A stretch of 64,000 bases of DNA from Thalia democratica (taxonomy: Eukaryota): contig OZ241826.1 of the NCBI GenBank assembly GCA_965202585.1, positions 76,074,001 to 76,138,000 of the forward strand, written 5' to 3'. The notes under the pieces were generated by a model that was given only the letters and a program-made list of their open reading frames with translations, searched no databases and was not told the DNA's origin. Shown piece after piece: positions 12,641 to 24,600 of this stretch. Within the stretch, counting starts at the first letter, position 1. Every line of letters starts with the position of its first letter. The position numbers and the translations under genes are program-made.

Positions 12641-13634
12641 TTAGGTATGCTTTTTGTCAAATCAAATTTACTTATTATTTAACTCAAAAGCTTGTACTTG
12701 ATGATGTTTTTAAAGTAAAAATTGTATTGTTTTTTGTATTCTGAAGCACATTTTTGTTTTAACTTCTCTGTATATTTTCTTAAAGTGCTTTTTTTATTTG
12801 GTCTAAGCTCTATAATTGTTAGTTAATCAAAAAGTATTTTTACAAAGTTTTACTGTTTATGGTAAATTTTGACAATGCTTGTTTTTTGGTAAAGTCAATA
12901 AAAATAGAGTGGTAAAAAAACTCTGAGTTTCATAAAATTGACATATCATATCTGTTTTGTAATTTTGAATTGTCAAGTTCAAATTTGTACTATTGATTTT
13001 AAGTTTCAAAAATTTATATACCTGCTTCCCATCGTAATAAGATTCCTAATCTTATCCTCTAACGTTGTGGATTTTAAGTTTAAAAAATACCAAAATAATG
13101 TTTATATCATTCTTAAAATAAAATTTGTTCAGTATTCTTTTTTTTTTTGAAAATATTTATTTTTATATTTTCAACCCTTTTTAAATTTCTAAGTCGATCA
13201 AAAAAACTTTTTTTTTTGCAAAATCACAACAAAAGCTTCAACTGTGCATATTTTTTTTCAGCAAAATTGCAATTGCGTAGCTGAAAATAAAGTGACTCGA
13301 GTTAAGTTTCGTTTTAAGCACCGCAAAAAAAATCTGAAAAATTCGACGCTTTTTCGAGCACCCTCAATTATTCACGCTTTTCATCAACTTTGCACAAATA
13401 TTTTCTCGCAAATTGACAGCAATTATGACGTCGTAACGAAATGACGGCTCGCAGGAAGCTCCGGAGCGGCGACGGAGATAAAATCTTGTTAGTGACGTCA
13501 TAATAGATTTAAGTGCGTCGGCGGGATGAAAGTGAATAATTGATGATGATACGCTCGACTGGTCAGACAAATTGCTCGATGGTGATTTACTGATGATTTT
13601 TGCTGATGAAGAGAATTGCATTAGTTATTAAATC

Positions 13635-13666
13635 ATGTTCAGTCAGCAGCTGATGATTTTTGGCCG
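13635..13666 (+). CDS. Candidate short alternative first coding exon of Shroom (MFSQQLMIFGR), preceded by a GC-richer putative 5' UTR/promoter island at ~13330-13634
   Basis: ATG at 13635, phase-2 donor CG|GTATTT at 13666/13667, in frame with 15663. The upstream island is CpG-rich and contains TGACGTCA at ~13494. Confidence 0.3.
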
Positions 13667-15662
13667 GTATTTTTTAATTTGTTATTTTTAAAGATCCCTC
13701 TTTCAATGTCTGCGTGTTAATCCTTGCGCATCGCTTTGTTCTAACTTTTAATCTTATTTCCCCCTTTTTTTCTATGCAAGATATATGCATACAAAAACTG
13801 CAGACCAAGCATAAAACCGACTGTCTGTTTGCAAAACAGAAATGTTTTTGTTGCGCTTGTTTACGTTCAGAAATTTTGTTTGTTTTCAGCATTCGTGGCA
13901 CGAGAGCGTATTGTCTGCAAGCTGCTTTTGCTTCAACTTTGTTAACGTTTTTTTTGTATTTTGTTTTATAACAAAGCTTATTTTTGTTTTTGGTCTCGAT
14001 CCGTTGGTTAATTTTTCAAAAAAAATAAATAAAGCTTTTTACTCAGTTACATTAGTCATAAAATGAAAAGATAGCTTACAAGTTTCGTAAACAAGATTTT
14101 AGATAGAGTTATGCTTTGAGTAATTTTAATAGATTGTTGTACCATAATTGTATTAGTAATTGTTTTGCTAATACAATTACTGTCCAATTTACCTATTAAA
14201 ACTGTTTACTAATCAAGTTTTTAAACATTAAAAACGCACACTTTTGTTTACATTTTATTGCACAGTATTTACTCGAAAAGTTTTAAAAATTTGTTTTCAG
14301 TTGTCAATTTTGTCGACAGATTTATAGACGTTCTATTGAAATAAAAGCTTTACACTGACAAATCGCATTTAAAATTTCATAACTTGCTGTGAAGTTGTCA
14401 AATCTATTTTCATATTCTCTCAGTGTATAAGCTTACCGAAATTCAAATTGTTCTATTCAATTCGTCTAAATGATATAACAAAAATTCGGCCGTGTGTGGT
14501 CTGAACCGCACGTTTTCTATTAACACAATTATATTCGAATTATCGTTGCAAGAGCGGGTCACTTTTAGTTCATTAATTTTGAAATATTATTTCGCTTTTA
14601 CATTGCCTAATATAAGGTATGTCAACGATACGAGCGAAAGTAATTTCTGTTGTCGAGCTAACAATGATGTATGGTATAAATTGTTTTGTTGAACTGTACG
14701 CAAATAAATTTGAAAGAAAACAAATCACTTTCTTGTCAATTGTGACTGATTTTAAGTGGAAGTCGTCTCGCCTTTCAAACAGTGGCCTCTCTGCGTCTAC
14801 TGCAAATTCCTTGCTGATTAGTAATGCAGTTTAGTTAGTATAAAAATCGGGGAAGTTTCAGTTGTAAATTAAGTTAGATGTGATTGTATTGTACTGCATT
14901 TTTTGTTTTATAAATCGGTAGCATCAGCATAATATGTCTTGTTTAACTTTTTGTTACAAACCTCTATAATGATTTTTTGCTTAAGGTTTTTTTGTTGAAC
15001 TCAGAATGAATTTATACACTTTTAAATATTTAAATACTATTTTTGTATTAAGTGTTTCAATATCAGATTTTTTTGTTAGTATGTCATGTGTTGTGAAAAA
15101 TTTGAAAGTATTTAACAAATATTTTTTGTAATATAATACTCTTTTAGCAACTATAAGTTTACTTTACTTGAAAAATTTAACTTTTTTTTTCTAGGTCATG
15201 CCAAGTTTATTAGCTAAAAATAACTGTTTTGGTAATTTAAATTAAAATAAAAAACTTTAAGCAAATTAAAAGTAGTCACATTATAAACAAAAATGAACTG
15301 AATTTTGGTTTACTGAATTAAAAATAAGTTTTAAACGTTTAAAAACTACTAGCTTTACAATTTATAAAAACTTAAACATATGAAAGTTTTTGCTCATAAT
15401 AAAAAAAAAACTAGAATTTACATTAGTTTTTTTAATATATAAATTCAATGGTAATTTTTAAAGTATAACTAATATTAAGTTTTAAAACGTTGAGGAACCA
15501 TTAGCATAGAGCTTACACTATTAGTTTTAAAAATTTTTAAATATGAGATTTTTAGTTTTAACTTTGAAAAATTAGTTTTGTTGAAATAAAATCTCTTGTC
15601 AATGTATACAACTTAAATAATTTTTTCAATAATTTAAATTAAGCTTGTTTTTTTTTTCACAG

Positions 15663-18600
15663 AGCTAGAGCAAGTTCTAAAGATTCAAATTTATCATCAA
15701 CAACGACTTCGAAAGAAAGACCCAAAAGTTGGCACGCTTCCAAGCATGACAACAGCCTGATTATTACGTCACAACAGCACAGAAACTCGGGAGAAATATC
15801 GAAGATGAAGTCGCCCTACAACATATCAAACTTGCTGACTCAGCAGAAAATGAACAAGTCGCGCGGGTGGAGGGACAGCGGCGATCTGGTGTACAAGGGC
15901 TCACGTGACTCGCTACTGTCCAATCACAACTCGGCTATCAGCTCGTCGTCGAAAATAAGTCTCACTTCGTCAGGGTACGATGTTTAATTATTTAAAGGAA
16001 CTATTTTGCAGTTTTTTTGGTTAACTTTTTAAAATATGTCTCAGGTTTAATAGCCTAACTAGGTAAAGTAATTGTTAAAATTATATTACTTTTATTAGAT
16101 TTTGGTTGGTTTAGAGTAATTATTTTATTTACTTTATTAAAAAACACATCTTTGGTGGTACATGTACTGTTATTTTATTTTCACCAACACTGTAAACAAA
16201 TGAACAGATTGAGCTCGGAGCGGATATCGAGCAGCAGAGGCAGCATGGACAACCTGGCGGACAAGAGAAGGAGCGGCGGCTTCGTCAACAAGAAGAAAAA
16301 TATTTTCGAGGAACTCTGCAGCAAGCAGCAGTTCAGAAGCTCTCAGGACAGCTTGATCGAGTACAAGTAGTTGTTTAGAATTTATTGAATATAGTTTTAT
16401 TATGACTTTTGGAAGTTTTTACCGTTTTAAACTGTTTCTTTTTTAAATCATAAACGTTAAGTAGTTACGCTTATTGTGAGTTTAATTTACTTTTGTTTAT
16501 AAGAGTAGGAAAAATTTTAAACTGTATATTTTTAAAATGTAGGAAAAACACGTCTCCACTTGCAAAAGAAGCTCCACTCAGGATTTATGATAAAAACTTG
16601 AAAAGTCCAGATCTGAAGTCCCCTGAGCCTCCAGTCAGGGATTCTAGTCGAAATATAAGGTTTTTAACATTTTTGATACAAAAATATACACAGCACTATA
16701 AAACCTATTAGTTCTAAAAATATTTTTGTGAGAATTTATGTGTGAGTTAATAATTTATTTGTTACTAAATAGTTAATAGAGATTTTATAAACAATACAAT
16801 GTTTCACCCGAGTGATCATTCTCCTTATATTTAAGTTTGATTGTCATCTTTAAAGTAAAAAGTACGCACTAAATAGTTTTACTAAAAAAAATATGTTTAC
16901 ATTTTTAGAGTCAGTCGTCAATTTTTACTAAAAGCCTTTTGTTATATCCTAAAGTTTTAAAAAAACTTGCATCTTTACATCTTGATATTTTATATGAAGT
17001 ATGTTTGAAAGCAATTGTGCAAAGTTTGTTACACTACAAAACTGGATTTAATATAAAAAACAGGTTCAAGTATGGGAGTCCGGAACCTCCAATGAGAGAT
17101 TCCAGCGTTGAAAAATATAAATATCATCAAAAGAGACTGAGTAGTGAAACTATTAACAAAATCAATGTTAGTTTTTGTTCATTTTAGTGTCTATATATTT
17201 ATTAATAACAATGATTAAAGAAAAAACTATTCTATGTATTAGTAGTCCATAATAGTAATTTAACAAAAAAAATAAATAAAAGTTTTAGGAACAAAAATGA
17301 GAAAATTACTTTTCTTTTGTTAATTAAAAACAAATAAAACATTAAAAACTATGTTAACTAAGTTAAAGTATGTTAAACATTTAAAGTATTTGATATTTTA
17401 ATTTTTGTCAACAAAAATTACGTTTAAACGTGCAGTTTTACCAATTTATCTTGTCAAAATATCTCCCTGTATTTTGGTTTACACCTGAAAGCAAAACGTT
17501 TTACCGAGAAATAGTATAAAAATATATGTTTTGATTTAATAATGAAAGGTAATACTGCAAATGATTAATGACTGGTAGTTTCTTATGAAGTCTTAGTATC
17601 TTTTTCGAAATAAAAGTTAATTTTACTCACAGCTAGTCAAAACGTGTTTTTGAGATACTAGCTATTCTATCTAAAAAACTTTTTTACGTTTCATAGTCAG
17701 ATTTGTCTAGTTTACAAAAAACAACTTTGTTTAAATTCTTATACATCGACCAATTTTATTATTGTAATTAAACTTTTTAGCCTTTATCTTGATTATGTAA
17801 TTTTTCTATTAAACTTGTTTTATTTTGGTACAAGTTTAAATGAAAAGTTTCAATTATTTTATTAAATCTTCATACTTGTTTAAGTGAAGTATATAACTTA
17901 TTACTTTTAGCCATTGAGGACTCAAGTTTTATAAAAAAAAGCCTAAAAAATTTATAATCAGAAATATTGTTCAAGCATATTAACAATGCCAATAAAATGT
18001 TTTGTAAATATTTTCGAAATTACCGTACTCGAAATATAATTTCCATTCAAAGTTGATTTTAATTTATTTATTAAACCTACTGGCCTGTGCAAGGAAAATA
18101 AAGAACAAGCAACTCAAAATTATTTTTTTCTCCAATCATCTTTAAGTACTCCAGCCAATGAAATTTTCATCTCATTTCAGATTCAGCTCAACCAGAACGA
18201 GCCCGTCGCGCGCAAAAAGCAACCGGCAGAACCGAGGTCTCACGACCAGAGCTCGATCAACAGGGCGGTGTCGATGCGCAAGCAGGAGTTCGTCAAGGCG
18301 ATCGAGAAGAACATCGAAATTGGCGGGAACCGGGAGAGAATTTTCGGCTTGGTCAGGTCAACTTCGCCCACCAACAGCAGCATCAGCGCGAAAACCGTCT
18401 CCGAGCCGCTCAGGATCGAGAAGCGGGTCAACGGCTCCGCTGGCAAAGTCGCTGTTGGTATTTATGAATGTTTAATTAAAGTTGTTTTATTGTTTGTTTT
18501 AGTTTTTTTTTGTTACTCAAAACAGTTTCAGCATAATACCTCAAGTATTTTTATTTTTTGATTGTAGTTTGCATGCCGTACTTTTGTTGTACACTTGTGA

Positions 18601-21600
18601 ATAACCACCTCTATTCAAAACTCAAACAACTAGGAACTCAAAACCACCGAGCCTTCGAGCCAGGAAGCCGCCAAAAAAGCCCCGAGGTCGAGAACGAGCT
18701 CCTGCCTGGACGTCAGCGCCGAACCGAAGACGGCCAAAAAGTACGGCCCGGTCGTGTGGAACCACGTCAGCCACCACACCAGGTCCAAGTCGTCGGTGGT
18801 CGACGGCAAGCACCAGGACTACGAGATGATATGGGTTGCTGAGTCAGTGGTTTCCCGGAACAGAGACGGAAAAGATGTGAAGAGCAGGCTGCAGCACAGT
18901 GTGTCTGAGAGGTTTTTTTTTAATACTATTTCTTTTAACTTTCTCGGTTGATACTTAGATTTATAGCTTAAAAAGAGTGTAAGATTTTCTAAGTTTGTCT
19001 TTTATTTGTTGTAACTGATTTTTTTTTCTATTTATTTACGCTTGAAAAATATTTTGTGTTGTCTTATGTAACGAGTGAAACGTCAAAACAGTTAGATAAA
19101 AAACTACTGTATCTAAATTAATAGTTTTGTATTTATTTAAATTTTTAAAAGTTTTTTGTGTTAATTTTTTAAAACGACCTAACTAATTTAATTTCAATGT
19201 ATCCACTTAGAATTTTTATTAAAAATAACAGCGTAAAACAATATTACAGCAACTTTTCCGACTACAAGACATCCAGCGTGGACGTTAACGAGACAAAAGC
19301 CCGTTTGAGTGAAAAAGTAAGTTATCTGATTTCATTAATGTGCTAATTTATTTAAAAATGCCAAAAGTTTTTCTATGTAAATTACGCTTATTGCCCGACT
19401 TCGCCGCAGACAAAATCTCCTTTATTGAATTTTGATCATTTGTTTTGGTTTCGTGAAAAGTGCTTCTGTGAGAAGTTGTTTTCTCTCTGTTGAGAGTATA
19501 AATAGTTGTAATTTAAATATTTTAAAATTAACTTTTTTAAGGTTTAAAACTTTAATTAACACACACCTATATAATTGAATAACTTATTAATTTATAATTA
19601 GAATTTAAAAAATTTAAACTTATTAGATATTAATTAACATTATGATGTTTGTTAAATTGTTTGTAACTTTCTAAATACCTTTATAATAATTTTAAAGCTA
19701 ATTTTATAATAAAATATCTTCACTTAGTATCCTTTCAACTAAGCATTTTCAAAACTGAAAAACTAGTCATCTTCTTAGGATCATGTTGTCAAACTTATTT
19801 TGAATTCATATTCTAAGAAATAATACTTCATTGTAATTTTATCAGTTTATCGTTTATCAATCTCTTTTTAATGTTATTTTTGTTTAGGCGCGCCTAGAAA
19901 AATATTTGAATTAAAATCGCTTTTAATGTGGTTAAATAGAACTTTTAACAAATAAAAGTTTTAAAGGTTAAGCATTTCCTTTCAGATTTAAAATAGACGT
20001 ATAGCTAAAATAAAAGGATAAATCTAAATCAACAAAGTGCTTAAATCAGTGTTTGTACTGTAATAGCTGTTCGAATACATTATAGATAAACTCTATACAT
20101 GTATTATTTTCCTTTTCACCTTATTTTGTTATAGATAAAACTTTTTAAAAATACTTTGAAATTAGATTTTTCATTAATTGCTTCATTCGTTCATTAATGT
20201 CTTTTTTATTCTAAATATAACTCATGATTGAAAGAATGTTTATTTAGTTTCCCGCATGCCTTTACAGTCACCTGTTTTTTCGCAGTAATCTTTAAGGTTT
20301 ACTAGTTTCGTTGAATTAACGTGAGTTTATTCATGTGTAATTATTTCAAAATGAATTGGATTTTTTTTTTCGTAATTACTTAAAACGCTTGCTAAAATAT
20401 TTCGTTTCAAAATTTTTACTAAATGTGTTTGTTATCTAAATACCAATTAGTCTTTAAATGTGTTGTTTTTAAAGTCAGCAAAAATTTACAAGTATAGGTT
20501 TTAATGGCTCTATTTATGCTATAACCTCGAACAATTTATTTTTGATTACAAAAACTACATAGTTTCATTTGTTCGAAATAATAAATACTTAACTAGTAAA
20601 CATTTGATAAATATTAAAATAATATACATTTAAGAATATTTAATAAATATTCAAACTCTGATAAACACAAACTTCAGGTGCCAACACCGGTAGAGCAGCA
20701 GGCTTACACGAGGACTTCAGCGTCAAGCACATCGAACATCATCCTCGCATCTCCCATCAGCACCCACTCCCTCAGCGAGAAGTCGCCCAAACCAGTCATT
20801 TTCCACTCCAGGTTACTAGTTTCGTTCAATTTTTTAACCAAAGTTTTTAAAGGTGACACAGGCAAAAAAAGTTATAAAAAGTGAAATATGGTATGTCTGC
20901 AGAGTTTAAACTTTTAAGTATTAAATGTTTTATTTCTCCAACTAGTACCCATTTACTCATTGAAAAATCACCCAAGCCCATCAAAAAAATTAGCTATATC
21001 ACCTATGTTTAGTTAAAGCTGTAAAAGTTGAGTAAAATGTGGTATGTCTGGTATATTTTGTAAGTATTGAATGTTCTTTCTTGCTTAACTAGTTTTTTAT
21101 ACTTATAAATACTTAGTTATATATATTTACTGTTTAATAAAGTTTGTTAAATGCATTTGTATTGAAACTAAAAGATTAAACTTTAAAATGAAAGCAATAA
21201 AGCATGCTTAACTTACTTTGCATACTGATTTTTTTTAAATACAAACAACATCTTAAAACTGATTGAGCCTTGTTCAAGTTCATTTTAAAACCGACTTTCA
21301 AAAACACAACACAAAGCATTCAGGTCTTGTTCCTATCATTTCATTAAAGCTAACTTTCAAAATAAAAATTAAAAATAAAACATCTAGGTCTCGTTCCTAC
21401 GGCAACCAGCTGGAAGAGAAGCAGATAAACTCATCCGCGGCCGAAATGGCACAAGAAAGTAGACCCGCAACAAATCAGCCGACCGCAACTGAACCCGGCT
21501 CCCTGCGACCCAAATCTGCCGGCAGCGCGAACCGACCCAAGTATCTTTCGCACAGGTATTGTTACGTAATTGATTGGTTTAATTTTGTTTTTTACTGTTC

Positions 21601-24600
21601 AACTGTTTGCTTTATGGTTAGACTAGTAGCATCGTACATTTTGAAAGCGTATGTTAAAAAAAAAAAGTTTTTATTTTTTGCTGTGTTGTTTTTTTTTTTT
21701 GCATGGTAATTTTTTGCTTGGTTTTGTGTTATAAACTCGAAAATAGTTGTTTATAAATTTTTAAAAGCAGTTATAAAACTTGTTTAAGATAAAAACTTTA
21801 AGTTTTACGAAAAAGTGCATATTACATATTACATTTAACAAGTTTAAAGGTTTCCCAAAAGTAGTAAATACATTTTTTTCTATACTATTATGTTTTATTT
21901 CACTTAAAGGTCACCAGCTTATAAAATAGTTTTACTAGACTTTAAATTTTCACAGCTAAATTTTACGACTTTACCAATAAACACTCACTCCCTTAAGACT
22001 CTTTATTTGTTTTTATCGATCATAAATCTTTAAAACACATGCGGGCTTAACAGGCGCGGTTCAATTGATCTGTTAAGTTGTTTGTCATGAAAATGAGTCA
22101 TGAAATTTTTAACAAATAATTGTTTTATATTTAAAAATTATGTTAGTAAAATTCCTGTTAGTAGCGTTTTTTTTTTTTTTTTGCAAATTTAACAAATCAC
22201 TAGCTAAAGTAGCTTCAAGTTTAAAAATTTAATTTAGTGTAGAAACAAAATAGTTACAGTTAAGTCTGCAAGCCAGGACAATTAATTGAGTTTGTGTCTT
22301 TTTAATTACGCAATTGGCACTCATTTTAGTAATTCACACACATTATACTGCATGAACATTGTTTGCACACGATTTAGATTTGCACGAAACGAAGTCAGCA
22401 AGACTTTGGACGCCAGAACGAGGCTCAAGTACGTGAAGGGTTGCTCGCTTCCGAGGAACAACTCGCACAAGTACCACACTGTCACAAGGTTTATATTAAA
22501 AATTTTAATTATTTTTGATGAGGTGTAAAAGGTTTGGTTGAAATGAAAATTTGTACAAAGCAATTTTATTAGAAAAAAAATAGTTACCTAAAAATATATG
22601 TAAAATTTTTTTATGTGTTTTACGTTGTTCATATGTTTGTTTTTTTTTCTAATTAGTTTATTAATAAATGATAAGAGTATTCATTTAATTTATGCACAGT
22701 ATTTTAATGAAAGTAGAGTTTTTTTTTGCATGCGTTTTGTTTGTTGAACTCAGCTTAATTAGATCACCGGTTAAATATTTTATTATTAAACTTTTAATAT
22801 ATATATTTAGTAGTGCTTTTAAAATTTTTTAAATTTATAAAATTCATTTAGCATCATTTTTATTTTTTTATATATTTTTAACTCTTGGGATACTTTCTTT
22901 CCATATTAGTTTTATAACCGTGTTGTAACTTTTAAAAAGTGTTTTTTTTTTTCAAGCTATTTTCAAAACAGCCAGGAAAACCTGCTGGCAAACTCCCCCA
23001 TGTCCCCAGAAGTCTTCGTGAAGTCTCCCCAAGACACCCACAGGAGGGTGTCGATCGACGTGAAACCCGACGTCATGGCAACGAGAAGGGTGAGTGGCAA
23101 CCGGAGGTCCGTCATCGAGTACTTCAAAAACTTTTCGCCCGATCACAGGTTCGTTGTTGTAATCAGTTGTTTTTATTTACAGGTTCGTAACTTTTACTTA
23201 GTTATTTAAAAATAAAGTAAAAAGATCATTATTTTCAAACGAAGAGAAATAAAAGGGCAATGTGACTTATTCTAAATTTAATTATTGTAATCTTAATATT
23301 TTGAAATGTGTTAAGTTACAGTGACAATACATTATTTATACATTTATTTATTTAAAACCACACGTTGGAATCTCCACTTTTTTTTACCCTGTTTCTTGTT
23401 GTCTATGACATTGATATGAAAAATTTTTAATTCTCAGTATTGTTTTATAACAAAAATTTAAATTTTATAAACTTTAAAAGAATAGCGTTAAATTAATTAA
23501 TTGTAAATTATTATTTGCCACCATACATTTTAATAAACCAAACATGATAAAATAGAATTAATCTTTAAAAACAAGTCACATAATTTTAATAAAGCAGCGC
23601 AAACGCGTCATTCATGCAAAGATCGCCGGTCCAGCCCGGCATACAAAGTACGAATTTGACGCTGAACCAGCAAAACGCGCTGCAGCAGCACCTGACCTTC
23701 AACAAGTCCAACATGAAGAGGTGCACTTCCACCGATGAGGGTCTCGGGTCAGTTGCTGTTTTTCTTGTTGTTTTTTTTTTGTTTCTAGTAAATTAAAAAT
23801 AATGATTGGTTTTGCACATAAGTGTATCGTAAAAATACTTTTTTGTTCATTAGATTGATAAATTTTTTTTTTTGATAAATTACTTTTAGTTTTGATAAAC
23901 TAACAGTGTTAATTAATTTTTATTAAATGTATGATTTGAAAATATATCGCAGCCCTTCTATAATGTCCAGCATACCTTCTTTGAGCGAAAACAGTTGTGC
24001 AAACAGAAAAAGAATGAGCAGAAGGAATAAGATCACCAACCAACCTGCAGATATTAAGTGCGTTTTACTTGTTTGTTTTGGGAAGTCTGTTTGTTAAATG
24101 TCATATAGCTTATTTAATTGGAATCACTGAAGTTTGATGCGAAATATTGACATGAATGTGTTCAGGAGAATTTTTTTTCAACATCTATCAAAGTACACTA
24201 ATGTTATTCCCACAATTAAGCATTCCGTTTGGTGTGATACATCCACATTGTCTAGACTATTTCAATTGTCGCTGTTTTATTTACTTTGCTTCAATTAACC
24301 TAAATGAAGTTAGTAGTTATGTGTGAACTGTTGTATTTTAGGTATTTGCATTTTAAATTGTTTTGGTATTTATTTCTAACAAGTTAATTGACTTCAGTTA
24401 GTATATTTATTTTACGGCTTATGTAAGAAGTTAAATTGAATTTAAGCTCGTGTAACTCTAATTTGGAATTAAAGATCAATAAAAATTTAATCTTTTAATG
24501 AAATTTTTGAAGATTAAATATATATTAGACCTTAATAAAAGGCCTTTAAATCTTCATTAAAGCGTCACTTTATATATGTCACCAAATTAGATTTTTCACT

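Noticed and set aside
13542-13610. Possible C/D-box snoRNA (ATGATGA ... CTGA)
   Set aside because: No convincing terminal stem and no recognisable rRNA/snRNA antisense element; TGATGA repeats are common locally.
13364-13621. 85-aa Ser-rich minus-strand ORF
   Set aside because: The Ser/Ile runs are just the reverse complement of GATGAT-type repeats; no family resemblance or splice context.
14619-14834. 71-aa ORF as an alternative Shroom first exon
   Set aside because: Its best donor (14820/14821) is phase 1 and does not fit the phase-2 acceptor at 15663. The same applies to 9024-9054 and 15198-15231.
18158-18842. ORFs 18158-18475, 18240-18446, 18558-18842 and 18622-18813
   Set aside because: Alternative or antisense frames of GC-rich Shroom exons; the real frame is fixed by splice phase and codon bias.
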